This document shows, in pieces, positions 13,846 to 26,876 of a stretch of 64,000 nucleotides of DNA. The position numbers and the translations under genes were made by a program. Origin of the DNA: Octopus sinensis (Eukaryota); contig NC_042997.1 of assembly GCF_006345805.1 (NCBI RefSeq), positions 120,404,001-120,468,000 of the forward strand. The letters run 5' to 3'. The stretch's first letter is position 1; each line of letters opens with the position of its first letter. Below the pieces are notes generated by a model that saw only the letters and a program-made list of their open reading frames with translations, made no database searches and was not told the origin of the DNA.

Positions 13846-14075
13846 TTAACTGTCACAAAGATTACACGTCGCTGATGTAGTTTCTGGAAACAATACGTGT
13901 GACTGACTACTGCTGCTTGTCTTCTCAGTTATGTGATTCTCATTTTTATTGTGATTGGTCCCCGTGAAACATGTCTGTGAATAGATGACTGTGGTTTGCC
14001 TGTTCTGATTAAGTTTTAACACGTGGGCGTTGTAAACATTTTTGCAGAACGTAAATATATCTAATGTGGAATTTA
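13846..14075 (-). CDS. Candidate terminal coding exon (phase 1): NSTLDIFTFCKNVYNAHVLKLNQNRQ...ATCNLCDS*
   Basis: Acceptor tctttacag, 75 open codons in non-repetitive DNA, Ser/Thr-rich tail; no linked upstream exons demonstrated. Confidence 0.25.
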
Positions 14076-14717
14076 CTGTAAAGATTCATATTCGTTCAAT
14101 ATAACAATAAAACTAAGATTAAAAAGCTCCCATTGATGATAAATAATCATATATGATGAAATTATATACAGAGGGAATATAATCTCATATATGTTGATAA
14201 ACATCATTAAGAAGAACTATATTCCATAGTTTGATATTTAATACGGAATATTCTAATATTATTACGAACCTTCCACTACATATTATATCCAAAATTTCAG
14301 AGAAGATTCCTTGTATTTATAGCCTTGCAATAGAAACCGAGATTCATTGTGATGCACCTTAGCAGATCTGTGTAAAGGAGAGAAATGCGGATGCCCGTTC
14401 TGAATCAGATATCACGATAGCTTTACTCCACCAGAGATAAAAACGATTCAACGAAATTGAGATGGCGGTCTCATGACTTAGAAGGTAAATCGTTCTAAAA
14501 TCCAGTACAATGCAACTTACTAAAACTGGAAAATCCTATTAAATAACGTAACCTGATATACACAACTAATGAAGCATGGATAGGTTGATCCCGGTCGAAA
14601 AGTAATTAGTTATAATTTTCTGCTCAGTCAGGGTGGTTATGAAACTAATCAACGTTACAAAACTACTATAACAACGACAACTAGATAAATTTCTCTTCAG
14701 TTTATATTACCCTCAAA

Positions 14718-14833
14718 TACTCTTTTACTCTTTTATTTGTTTCAGTCATTTGACTGCGGCCATGCTGGAGCAACGCCTTTAGTCGAGGAAACCGACCCCA
14801 GGACGTATTCTTTGTAAGCCTAGTACTTATTCT
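14718..14833 (-). mobile_element. 3' part of SINE (family also at 40200-40540)
   Basis: Reverse complement matches agtcctggggtc...ctaaagg.ggtgctccagcatggccgcagt.aaatgactgaaaca at ~40460-40535. Confidence 0.8.
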
Positions 14834-14867
14834 ATATGTCTATCATGGAAAATATTATGGTTGTTTT

Positions 14868-15400
14868 GATCATCATCCTTCGACCGGGCCCTTTCCACAC
14901 TACACGTTCTTCATTGCTGTGTTCAGATCTCTAATATCCAACACTGGAAATTGATATCTGGAAATATCAATTTCCTGGAGAAAACACATCCAGAGGGATG
15001 CCATAGGAACAGGGATACGATAACCTCTTTCTATGCTGGATGACAGTGGCCAGCAAATTGTAGCCGCTTCTGATTTAGCTTTAGTGAGATTAGTATCAGA
15101 TTTCCGTAGATGTTACTAAGTGTTGGGTGAGAATTGATGTTCTGTATCTTTCTGAGCAGGTTGGTATATATTGCATCTAGTCGTTTTTTCTAAGATAGCC
15201 GATAAGTTCCAGGTCTCTGATTCATGGAGAAGGAAAAAAAAGATGGTCACATAAGCTTGATTGGCAGGGAAATAAATACAATCCGACTGATTAAAGCGCA
15301 GATTTCTTCATGCATCTTGTATCACATTAACTTCACTCATCAATATCCAGCATATTGCCAGAATATTTAAATAATGCCAATACGTAACGATCATTAAAAT
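14868..15400 (-). mobile_element. RTE-like LINE 3' fragment
   Basis: Reverse complement of 14868-15079 matches 15759-15979, which encodes RLQFAGHC...LFLWHPS...DL..AMQD..VW. Confidence 0.7.
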
Positions 15401-15758
15401 ACAGACGTAAGATTTCGTCTCCATACCTACTCTATTGCTATTATAATATACCTTATTTCTTTTCGTTTTGTTTCATTTTTAGTATAACGTATTCTCGTTC
15501 AAACACACCAATCAGAAGTTTAAAAAAAATACCTGATCTTAGAATGTGATTACTATGAAAAACATTTTATTTTGTACCTGCAGCTGAAGTTGGAATTTAA
15601 AGAGAAAGTAACTTGAACACTTATTCTTTGTGCTTGGTACCTTACGCCATCAGACTTAACATTCTCTGAATAAACACTATATATAGATATATACACGGAG
15701 ATATCAAAATGTTCCCGGCTTAGTTATTTAGCACGCCATAAGATAGCTGCATACGGTT

Positions 15759-15979
15759 GCTAAATCAGAAACGGCTACAATTTGCTGGCCACTGTCATCC
15801 AGCAGAGAAAGAGGTTATCGCATCCCTGTTCCTATGGCATCCCTCTGAAAGTGTTTTCTCCAGGAAACTGATATTTCCAAATACCATACCTCGGGACTCG
15901 GGGTTGGATATTAGAGATCTGAACATAGCAATGCAGGACGGTGTAGTGTGGAAAAGGGCTGGTCGAAGGATGATGATCA
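15759..15979 (+). mobile_element. RTE-like LINE 3' fragment, inverted relative to 14868-15079
   Basis: ORF 15757-16020 motif LQFAGHCH...RKLIFPNTIPRDSGL...AMQDGVVW. Confidence 0.7.
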
Positions 15980-16039
15980 GTATATTTCCGAGTTATATGA
16001 GGATGCTAATGAGACAATGAGCAAAGAATCTCTAACTCT

Positions 16040-17870
16040 CTAAATGAGCCACAACAGTATAGCAAAGGATCCTATCTCAAGCAAACACTGCCGCTATTAT
16101 GACAAACTGTAAAACCGTATATAAATATGCAAAAACAAACCGCTTCGGTACATTAAAATATAAGGCTACTGTTAGAAGAAAATTGCTCGCCGACTGCAGA
16201 CACCAGAGGACCAGTGAAATACTGAATGTGCATTACAAGAGTGTTTTCATAGCTTCACTGATGAGATCTTCAGCATCAATAGCTCTACATAAACACATGA
16301 TAGTTATTGATAACATGAAAATAGAAGGAGCAGATGTAATATCAGCCTTTAATCAAATGAGCTCAAACTCAGCCACAAGTCCTGATGAATTCTCAGCAAT
16401 CTTCCTAGAGAAATTCAAAGGGGTTCTAGCTAGACTATTAGAGATTCGTTTTCAGAGTTTCCTCGAAATTGGGGGACTTCCAAAAATTTCAGAGGAAGCC
16501 ATATCTCCTATCCATAACGTAGGTAGCAGAGCGGATGCTAAAAATTATAGGCCTGTCTCTCTAACCTCCCTTATTAGCAAAGTCTGGAAGGGTATTTTCA
16601 GCAGGAAACTGAGTGAGTTCCTCAGCCAAAGGAAGAAGCTGTTTACACAGCTTTTGTAACGTAATGATTGGGTGTTGAAACGATTAATGAGTCACTCAAA
16701 CGTGGATGTGATATATCTCGATTTTGCAAAGGCCTTTGATAAATTTGATCACGTGATGATATGTCACAAGCTACGAAGACTCGGTGTAGTCGGAAAACTG
16801 GGAGATTTGTTCCATGAATTCTTGAATGACAGAAGTGAGGCTGTGGAAGCCAATGGAGCCCTCTTCAAGGAGAGAGTAATAGAGAGTAGAATGCATCAGG
16901 GAACTGTATTGCAAACGCTAATGTTCATGTGGGCTATTTCAGACATGCCATCACTTACACAGACAATCATACTCAATAGCTAAGCCAACAGCACAATAAC
17001 AGTACAAGCAGTCAAAGAACGTTAATATATTAATTTTCTACAGGATTACCTAGATGCCATATACAAATGAACTGACGAAAACAACATGCAATTTAATGCA
17101 GGAAAATTCCAAGCCCTCTCCTTCCAGCAAATTGGTGCTCACAAGTCGCAACAACGATACTTTGAATTAAAAGGAGCGGCAATCCCAGAAGCATGTACAA
17201 TGCCTGATCTGGGGATTGATATGGTCAACAATGCCTCTATTCCTGTACATATCACCAAGATTGTGGCAATATGCAGACGAATTGCCGAATGGATGCTGGG
17301 AAAATTTAGAACAAAGGACCAGGTAACTATGCTTGTTCTATAGAGGACTACTCCTTTTTCAACTGTGGTCATCATACAGTGTCAAATAAAGAGCAAACTA
17401 GAAGTTGTTCAGCGGTGCGACACGAAGTGGGACAACTGAGTTAGTGGGGGAGTGAAAGAGGTACTATTCTACGCACGGAAGCGAAGGCGGGAGAGGTATA
17501 CCAGTGAAAGAGCATGGAGGTGCTAGCACCAAACTTTGGTTTAGACAGCTATAACATCCTCCGAACGTCACTTAACTGTTCCAAATGTCTCAATCAACTG
17601 TCTTGGGTAAGAACCATGTATTGCGATAGCGTGGGATTCGAGGCCTCACAAATATATCAAACGTTTGCTATAAATCTGAGGGTTCTTCCTACTATTTAAG
17701 GTCCCAGGTGAACCTATAAAAGGTAAAAAACTGAAAAGAGGGCAGCAGTGTCGAATCTCCTCTTTCACCAAAAGCCATAAGAATGGCCATTGAAAGGGTC
17801 TTTACACTGGCGGTGATCCAGTATGGCAGCAGCCTGAGGTGTGAAAAGTATAAAATAATATATGTCTGTC
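16040..17870 (+). mobile_element. Degenerate CR1/L2-group LINE, RT region to 3' end
   Basis: SPDEFSAIFL, NYRPVSLTSLISKV, VDVIYLDFAKAFDKFDH, HQGTVL, MQFNAGKFQ, with stops and frameshifts. Confidence 0.88.
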
Positions 17871-18714
17871 TATATATCACTATCCATCCATGCGTGTGTG
17901 TGCGAGCTAGCGTGTGAGTGTATGTGTGGTCTTTAAACACACAAAAAATTTTCATTTTCACGTGTATATCTGAAAGATTCAAATTTTATGAGAGTGTGTG
18001 CGCTTGGCTTTGCGTCTGTGTAAGAAACATTCTGCAGAACACTTCTAATCAGAATTATGAGGAAGTAAATGTTGAAAGTGTGTTTTTCACAATATATAAC
18101 CGTTTTATTGTTTTTGGTTTTTGTTTTTTTTTTTTCAAATATCACTTCTTCTTTAGATGCTAAGATATATACATGTATGAGAAATTATGGAAACGAAAAT
18201 TGCCTAAATAATTCTTTGAGAAGCATTGATAATCCCCTCCACAAAGTAATGAGAAATATTACTGTTCTTTATATTTCGAACGCAGACATCACCTCAATGC
18301 AATTCAGAATTCACCTGCTGATATTATATAAATGCTTTTGTACCCATGTTCAAATATTTGTTTTATATAATTCCCTGATATTTCTATTCATGAGAATATT
18401 ATTCTTACGATAATTTGAACTAATAAAGTAACCTGTTCTAAAATATGTTTGATTTATGTAATGTCTCTTCGGAAATAAACGAATATATATACATATATGC
18501 ATACATACTTACATACATATAACATATGTATAAGCATGTGTGAATTTATGAATCGCCAAGGGATCTCTGTATGTGCATAAAAGTACATTTATGTATAGTA
18601 GCAGATGAGAGAATCTTCTGTCATGGACGCCGAAATTCACATATCACATGGGGTTTAATTTCATTGAAATCATTATTATTATCATATATATATGTATATA
18701 TATTTAGTTGAAAA

Positions 18715-18812
18715 AGACGAAGACAGGTCTATAAAAAACAAACAAGTGTATTAGTTTGACGCCCGGGTTGGTAAGAAAGTCTTCTACGTTACGAGCATAT
18801 ATATATATATAT
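18715..18812 (-). mobile_element. Short fragment of the Penelope-like repeat family at 25845-26832
   Basis: Reverse complement shares gctcg.aacgt..aagactt...gcgtcaaactaatac...ttgtt...cctgtcttcgtcttt with 26456-26580; abuts (TA)n. Confidence 0.55.
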
Positions 18813-18833
18813 ATAAATACATGCATTTATATT

Positions 18834-18878
<45 letters not shown>

Positions 18879-18964
18879 TATATATAAATGCATGCGTTTA
18901 TATTCATATATATACATGCATGTATATGTGTGCCTTTGTGGTTACGTATGTATGTATCTAGTCA

Positions 18965-19065
18965 TGTATGGGTGAAGTCGTGGCCGGGCGGTACGAATCT
19001 TGCTTTCCAACCGCAAGTTTCGCGATTCATTCACATTGCATGCCACCTAGACTAGTGTCTTCATA
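18965..19065 (+). mobile_element. Decayed SINE head (family of 37935/40200/61615)
   Basis: gtggccgggcggtacgaatcttgctttccaacc...ctagtgtcttc..tatag aligns weakly to the family. Confidence 0.4.
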
Positions 19066-19379
19066 TATAGTTTCTATTTATTTACTATATTTTTTCTATT
19101 TATTTTTTATACGATTTTTTGTAATTTCTATACTGATCCCATCGAATTAGTGGATAATTAACTAATTTCCAGTAACTATTCCGCGACGTTGGTATTTATA
19201 CTGGCTAGAAACGTTTGAAGATCATTTGTGCAGAAAATTAATGTGATCGTATTTTCTGCTTATCTAAAACTATGCATGTCTATGACTGTCTTATATGTAT
19301 TACTACAACTTATATGTAATGGAAGAGCGATTTAGAGTATCAGCTAAGTAGACTTTAGTTTAATGCACGGCCTTGCTTC

Positions 19380-20650
19380 ACAACTTAATCCGGATCATGA
19401 TATTCCTTCGTATAGCTCTTAAAGATGACATTTGTGCAGGACATATACTTTTTGTTTGGTTGTCTAAATCTCTTTGCCGACTTTGCTACATATACAATAA
19501 TCTTCTTCTATTTTATCCTGTCCAATCTCCTTTAAACTTACGCACTCGTCTTGGAATATGCATACATATTTTTCGAATATTGTTCAAAATTTTTAACTCA
19601 GTTATATCATTATTCATGTATGCTATAATTATTTATTATTGGTTAGATGGCTTTTAGATATTTAATCCTGAGCTTTTCATATCGTTGTTATTGAAGCATG
19701 GAGTGTGTTTCTTCCCAGTTTGTCCGTCTCCAGGTACAAATATTATATTACATAAGCCTTCTGTTAGATCTAGTTTGTGGTTTTCTTATGTTTTTAATGT
19801 TTCTGCAAGCATTTCACCTGCTCAAGTGATCTTTGCATCTTTCATTTACCATATAGCATTTTCTATTCCTTTTAAGTATTGGACATTGATTGTCTGTTGT
19901 TATCATGAAACAAGTCTTTTATGTATTTCATTCATCTAGACGCTATCTTCAGATGATCAAAATACATATTTCCATTTGTGTCCTTGATGTTAGTATTTCG
20001 TCCACTCATGCAGTTTGCTTTCTCTAATCTCAATTATTTTTACTTACATTTATTTGGATTTATGTTATTTTCTTAAGGTTTTCAACTTCTTGGCATCGAT
20101 CACTCACCCATTTCACTTTTGATATTCTACATTCAGAACAGATCGATATATGTAGGTTGTTATAAATATCTTCTACAATGTTTTTGTATTTCTTTCCTTC
20201 AACGTTTATTGATGGAATAACATCTATCATCCACGAATTCTTTTCCATTTCAATTTCAATCAGATGTTTTCTTTAGTGATGTTTACATACAAGTTACATC
20301 TCTTCTATTTATATTCTAAGATATAGTTCTTATACCTATATGTATTTTTATTGGATACCTTGTTTCATAATGTTCTCCTTTGTGCTGTGCTTGTGTTAGT
20401 AAAGTTTAGTTTAATTTGTTTTGTTTAGCGATTTTAATTTTCTTAATTTTCACTTTTTCCTCAATAACAAGTGTTTTATCGTCAAATGATTTTGTCTACT
20501 CCAGGAATGTTTTTGCAATCTTCACAGATACTACACTGCGAATGTATCACTGTGGTCCTTGATGTTGTAACCTGCATTCTTCTGAAATTACAAGTTTCTT
20601 GATGATACTACACATACACATATCACAAGGAATAGTGATTGATCATCAAA
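19380..20650 (-). mobile_element. Very old R4/Dong-like relic (N-terminal region and start of RT)
   Basis: KYMSCTNVIFKSYT resembles the RPIAC.N..YK.YT motif seen at 50550-50741; heavily decayed. Confidence 0.4.
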
Positions 20651-21264
20651 TTTTCTAATAAGCGTAAACTTAAACTGAGGTTAGTTTTTAGTGACATAAA
20701 GAGAAGGCATAGATGGTCATAGAGGTTAGTCACCCTACAAATATAGTGTGACAAAATCTTCCAAAATCAGTGAAAAGGAGACGACTGTTTTGAAACTTTC
20801 AACTCCTCTATCTCGTTTATAAATTTCCGTCCGTAGGAATAATCATTGATGGATAGAGTTAAGATAGTGACTGTGTTAATCACAATCTAATGAAGGTAAG
20901 AATTGAAGCAGAAGAGGTAGGCGTAGAAAAACGCATACCTAAGAAATATAATCTGCGATTTGCAGAATAAAAGCAAGACACAGACAATGTACGACATGTA
21001 ATGTCATATGCTGTTCTTATCAAAACTCCAATGACAGAGCGTTTGTTACTTTGCTGGTAACCACCTAATATTTCGAGAAGGAATACCTATAACTAAGAAC
21101 ATTACACACAAACACACACTCAAAGGCAGAGAGCGGGGGTGGCAAGACACACACACACACATACACATAGTCACATATTATATGTATGCAAACATACAAA
21201 TATTTACATATGCTTATGCACGTATGTGCAATCGTTATATATGAATATACTGTATGTAAGTATG

Positions 21265-21307
<43 letters not shown>

Positions 21308-21457
21308 ACACACACATATATATATATATATATAATATATATATATAATTATAATTATAATTAAGGGCAAGGGCATAGAAAAAGGTATGACTATATGCTG
21401 AAAAAGACGCTAATCGTCTACGCATTTTAAATCATCACATATTACACGCATCCTGAA

Positions 21458-21820
21458 ATCGAAGGAGTAAGCTGACAGAAGTTCATAAAATAATACAATT
21501 GGTTTTGGATTGCTCAATTTCTGGATTAGTCTAATGGCTTTTCCTCATCAGCAAAGCATATTTGGGGAAATAAATGAGATATTTATACGTACACACAGTA
21601 AAATATAATGGAAAGCTGCGATTATAAATAAGTACCACAAATACATTCATATCGAGTTTCGGCTTTGTGTTTTGTTTTCCAGTAGGCATGTATAACTATC
21701 TCATTTATTTCTCCAAGTATGCTTTGCTGATGAGGAAAAGTCATTAGATTAATCCAGAAATTTATCAATCCAAAACTAATTGTATTATTTTATGAATTTC
21801 TGTTAGCTTACTCCCTCGAT
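21458..21820. mobile_element. MITE-like foldback element: 131-bp inverted arms (21458-21588, 21690-21820) around a 101-bp spacer
   Basis: Arms align as reverse complements with scattered substitutions. Confidence 0.85.
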
Positions 21821-22023
21821 CTCAACAAGTTTATAATATGTGATAATTTAAAGTGGTTGTATGATTAACCGTCTCTTTTCAAAATTTAGGCATTATTTTA
21901 CTATGCCATTGATTATAACTATATATATATATATATATATATATGAATTCACCTTAATAGGTCTATTACTTATATTCTGGCTACTGAAAAAAATTTTACA
22001 ACTTTATGCTTTATTACTTTTAT

Positions 22024-22073
<50 letters not shown>

Positions 22074-23111
22074 ATGTATAAAATTATTAAACATCTTTCT
22101 TTAAAGAAGTGATGAAATTCCGTCATTAATATTTTTTGCATATGAAGTTTAGGTTGACCGACAACATCATTATCATCAATTCAAGACTAAGGTCAACATC
22201 CATTATCATGAGAATATTTCTGTAGCAGAAATACAGATCCACACATCCCATTTCCTAAATAGCATACTGAAAACCTTGACCGTACAACCTATGTGTTCGT
22301 AATTTTACTCGTATTCCATTGATTTGTGAGTTCCTCGTTATTCCCTTAACGTGTATACTAAGACACAACATGCAGTCTGAAGCACGCCTTGTAGAATGAG
22401 ATACGCCAAAGAGAGTCTCGAATAAGAAATACATCTGACAGAAAGCACTTTACAGTGGTAGATTTATATCACTCATGATACACCTGACGTTTTATATCAT
22501 TGTGTGCATTTCTTCTACTTTACGAATTTATGCACATTCGCCTTAGCCGTAGTTATAATTCTTTCCCTGATCCAATGTAAGTATGAGATTGCTGAAATAA
22601 TCGACTCTATCTCTTTACATTTTAAATTGGTTTCTTCCTTGTCAGAAAGAATGAAAATTTAGAATGTGCGTTGAACGATATAACGCATAAAGCTATCGAA
22701 ATTTCAATGGTGCCTTGACAAGAAACATAATTGAGCGAGAATGCACAATATAACTCTCTTAAGAGAATTCTATATCGCATCAATTTAAATAAATTTACTG
22801 GAAAAAATTTCTAATCCATGGCATGTTGGAAATTGCTTCCGTTATTTCTCATTGGATTACACTTTATATTACAGAATACATATGTTCATTGCTCATTGTG
22901 CAATTTGATGTAAAAACGTCACAGTGTTTATTTGAAAAACTTCCTTACTTTACATTACGTATTTTACATTTTGATGCGCGACGATTTATTTCACAAATAT
23001 TCGCAAACAACAAATTGCAGCGGTGTATGGAGAAACATTGAACTTGTCGCTATAGATAAAATGCACATATATCATATTTATGTTGCACATGTACCGCAAC
23101 ATCTAAACTAC

Positions 23112-23321
23112 CATATAATTTTCTGGTGATTCGATAAAAAGAATCTAATTCGTCATCTATGTTCATATTAATCATATGTAACGCAGTGATAATATCATTT
23201 GCCGTTAGATACATCGATTTTTTTCCTCTCAATTGCGATGTCATAAATCTGTAGGAGCAATTTAGGAAGGCGGAGATGTAAACACATACATCGAGTGAGG
23301 GATGCGCAACGGTAAATAAAA
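23112..23321 (-). CDS. Candidate internal exon (210 nt, phase 1-1): LFTVAHPSLDVCVYISAFLNCSYRFMTSQLRGKKSMYLTANDIITALHMINMNIDDELDSFYRITRKLY
   Basis: Strong acceptor ttttctgtttttcag, donor G|gtagtt, lies within a 121-codon open frame in non-repetitive DNA. Confidence 0.3.
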
Positions 23322-23589
23322 CTGAAAAACAGAAAACGATATTAGAAGTGATTATTTTATTTAAACAATATGCAGAAGAAAATAAATATAATGAAATTGA
23401 AGACACGCTTTTCATTATTTCCTTTATTACAATTCAGATTTCTTTTATTGTCGTTAACATGATTATATGAAGATACAGACCTCATAATCACTCAATCTAA
23501 GAACTGAAATGGTTTTCATATGCACCATACCTTTAAATGTAAGATATATAATAATTCTGAAAGATAGATGTATATTGAAGATGTATTAT

Positions 23590-23790
23590 AAAGTACACAC
23601 GATAAATATACACGCAATTTATTGTTAATGTTTCCATGAGTGAAATACCAGAATCGTTTGAATGCCGCCGAAATACGTTGCAATGCTCGTCCTACGTCTT
23701 TACGTTCAGAATTCAAATCCAGTGGCAGATAACTTTGCCGTTCCATCATCTGTATTTCAAAAGAGTATAACCGCATATAAGAATAGGAAC
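23590..23790 (-). mobile_element. RTE-like LINE fragment
   Basis: RISAAFKRFWYFTHGNINNKLRVYLSCVL matches the RTE post-RT motif (ASAAF.RL...I...KL.VY...VL). Confidence 0.6.
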
Positions 23791-24511
23791 CGACATTATT
23801 TGCTAAGTACATATCTTAAAATATGGTTCTAATATGATTTAAATAGGAAAAATACTGTGAATCACCTGAAGAGGAAAATGTATACTGCATATATTACATA
23901 TGAAATATATGCATGTCATTACTATTGAGAATATTCAAGCTGAATATGATATAAAATTGTTGTTTGCAGAAATTAATTATTTAAATGTTGAAACCAGAAT
24001 ATCTCTATGCATGTGTAACAAAGGTGGAAATAAAAACCAGCTTCTTCGTTAGATGCAAATTATCAGACAATAGTGGATGTGTGATGTCACTTACAATTCG
24101 TCGGTCGAATCTGTTTTACAAAATTCAGTGAATGATAGGTTAAACTTTATGAATTACTTTGCATTATAATGTCACAAAACCATAATTTATTGATTTGGTT
24201 CAACTGAAACAGTTTGCAAAAATGATTATTGTAGTTTTGAGAAAGACACAATGTATAATTGCATGACAGAACTTATCACCTAATGACAAACGACAATTTC
24301 TTCTGTTGAAAAGAATATTTGCTGTCAGCAAGTTTGCTACAAACTTCCTCAATTCAAGTAAAGAATTTGTGACGAATTTATTTTTCAGTGTTGCTTCATT
24401 CAGATCATCATCATCATCATTATCATTATTATTACTATATAAACGATTGAGGTAACTCCTCCTGAAAATATAGAATCAAAATTAAAAGAAGAATGCCATT
24501 GTTATCTAGTG

Positions 24512-24611
24512 NNNNNNNNNNNNNNNNNNNNNNNNNNNNNNNNNNNNNNNNNNNNNNNNNNNNNNNNNNNNNNNNNNNNNNNNNNNNNNNNNNNNNNNNN
24601 NNNNNNNNNNN
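24512..24611. other. Assembly gap of 100 N (probably a nominal scaffold join)
   Basis: Exactly 100 N. Confidence 0.99.
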
Positions 24612-24912
24612 AGAAGAAAGAGAAAGAAGAAGAAGAAGAAGAAGAAGAAGAAGAAGAAGAAGGGAAAGAATAATAAAAAATCAGGAATGATATGACAATA
24701 TCAGGATGTTGGTGGAATCCTGTTAAATGATCAAGTGATCTAAAAGTGTCCAGTTGTGGTTATAATAGTAATGATTGGAATTGTTCTGAATAAATTCATG
24801 TGATGTGACTGTTTTGAATATATCGTTTTTAATATTTGCATGGGTTTTAGTCTAACGCCTTCGTAATAGTGTTGTTTGCGGGGGATGCATTTAAAAGGGG
24901 TTTTATATATAG

Positions 24913-24991
<79 letters not shown>

Positions 24992-25152
24992 ACTATACTA
25001 TACTGTACTAAGTTCGAAAAGTAGCTTTGTTGAGCTCATGAAGGGATGTTTCATCCAGGAAAATACTGGTTCAATACCTAGTATTTTAAGGATCTAATCT
25101 CCATGAAATAAGGGGGTATATATGTATATACACACACAGACACACACACACG

Positions 25153-25192
<40 letters not shown>

Positions 25193-25306
25193 ACACACAC
25201 ACATATATATATATATATATAATATATATAAATAAAAAATGGAGTTAACGCAGGTTTAAACAAGTATTTTTACTTTCTACAAGTAAAATACACTCATCTA
25301 TTTATA

Positions 25307-25353
<47 letters not shown>

Positions 25354-25420
25354 ATATTATTACGGAGATGTACTTGCATAGCGAGTGACTGATCTGAGAT
25401 CGTGTGCTGGAGCGAAAACA

Positions 25421-25615
25421 ATTGCAGCGTGGAAGGTGTTTATTAGCCATTTAAGAAATGCATCTCACGTGCTGCAGCACGAAGTTTTGTCAGTGAACAG
25501 GCCGCCGTCTCAAAGCGACGAAAATATTTTGACAAAATATATTTAAATGTTGAAGAGAATCTAACGGTTTTTGTGTGTTTCTTAAATGGCTTCTAAACAC
25601 CTTCTACGCTGCAAT
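25421..25615. mobile_element. Small inverted-repeat (MITE-like) element with ~38-bp arms
   Basis: attgcagcgtggaaggtgtttattagccatttaagaaa (25421-25458) vs tttcttaaatggcttctaaacaccttctacgctgcaat (25578-25615). Confidence 0.8.
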
Positions 25616-25844
25616 ATATATATATATATACATAGAGTTTATATTCATATTAAAAAACAACAGAAAATGGACTTAATAATTGATTATTATTAATAACAAA
25701 TTAATCATCAGCCAATGTTTTAGTTAATGTTCATTAAATATTAAGCAAATATTAAATTCATATGACCTGATCATAATATGTTCAGAAGGAAAAACTATAC
25801 CCAGGGACGTTTTATATATGTTTATGAATTCATTATAGCAGACT

Positions 25845-26171
25845 ATCACTGACCACTTCCCAGTTCCTACACCATCAACCACACCCCGACACATGCTTAC
25901 GTCAATGTCACCAACCCCCTTCCACACTCACATACAGCACGCTCTCACTTCCAAACGCACGCGCACCCTCGTTTTGAGATCACCACTACTATATTATCTC
26001 CCCTCCTTCCTATCTCTCCTGTGTGACCATTCTGTCCAGCATTCGCTATGATAGATCGTTAGCCACTAACCCTTTTTCTATTTTCTCTCCCTGTTTATTT
26101 CTGTGTTCCTTTCTGTCGAAGCGCGTTAAACATACTCGTCTTCGTCTTTTGTTTGTTTTGTAAATTCTCAC
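25845..26171 (+). mobile_element. Penelope-like element 3'/pLTR relic
   Basis: Homologous to the reverse complement of 26456-26630; ends in (TA)n. Confidence 0.5.
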
Positions 26172-26172
26172 T

Positions 26173-26205
<33 letters not shown>

Positions 26206-26374
26206 AATAAGAGGCTTCTAAATAGGAAATCCTTGTGCTAGAAAGAGCAGTAGAAAACTCAAAACCACCAAATAAGGATAAACGTTCGAAAGGAATGAAC
26301 ATTAAAAATGTTTACCATCTCAATTATTTCCCAGGCCATGGTTCTAACTATTTCCAGCAAAAGAATATGTTTAA

Positions 26375-26455
<81 letters not shown>

Positions 26456-26829
26456 GGGAGAATTCACAAAAATACAAAAGACGAACATAGGTGGTGTAGA
26501 CAACAAACAGATACATTAGAATAACGCTGAGGAAGTGAACAATTTTTTAAGGTTTCGAGCCTACGCTCTTCCACGAACAGGAACACAGAAAGGAACAAGC
26601 AGAGAAAGTAAAGAATGTGTAGTGGCTATAAAAACGTTTAGAAAGTACAAAAAAGTTACGAATAGTTCAAAAGGTTCAAAAGCTTCAGACGTCTTGATGT
26701 ATTCGAGCGATATTTCATCAACATAGGTATCCATTGTAATCTATTGGCAGGAGAGGTGCAGCTGAAGTGAAGAAAGTCCAGTAGAAGTTCGTGGGTGATG
26801 GGAGGAGACAGGATCAACTGGTTCTGGTG

Positions 26830-26832
<3 letters not shown>
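26456..26832 (-). mobile_element. Penelope-like element fragment between (TA)n tracts
   Basis: TSTGL...SCT resembles the start of a GIY-YIG region; GAGC-GTAG-GCTC-GAAAC hairpin resembles pLTR ribozyme regions. Confidence 0.5.
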
Positions 26833-26872
<40 letters not shown>

Positions 26873-26876
<4 letters not shown>

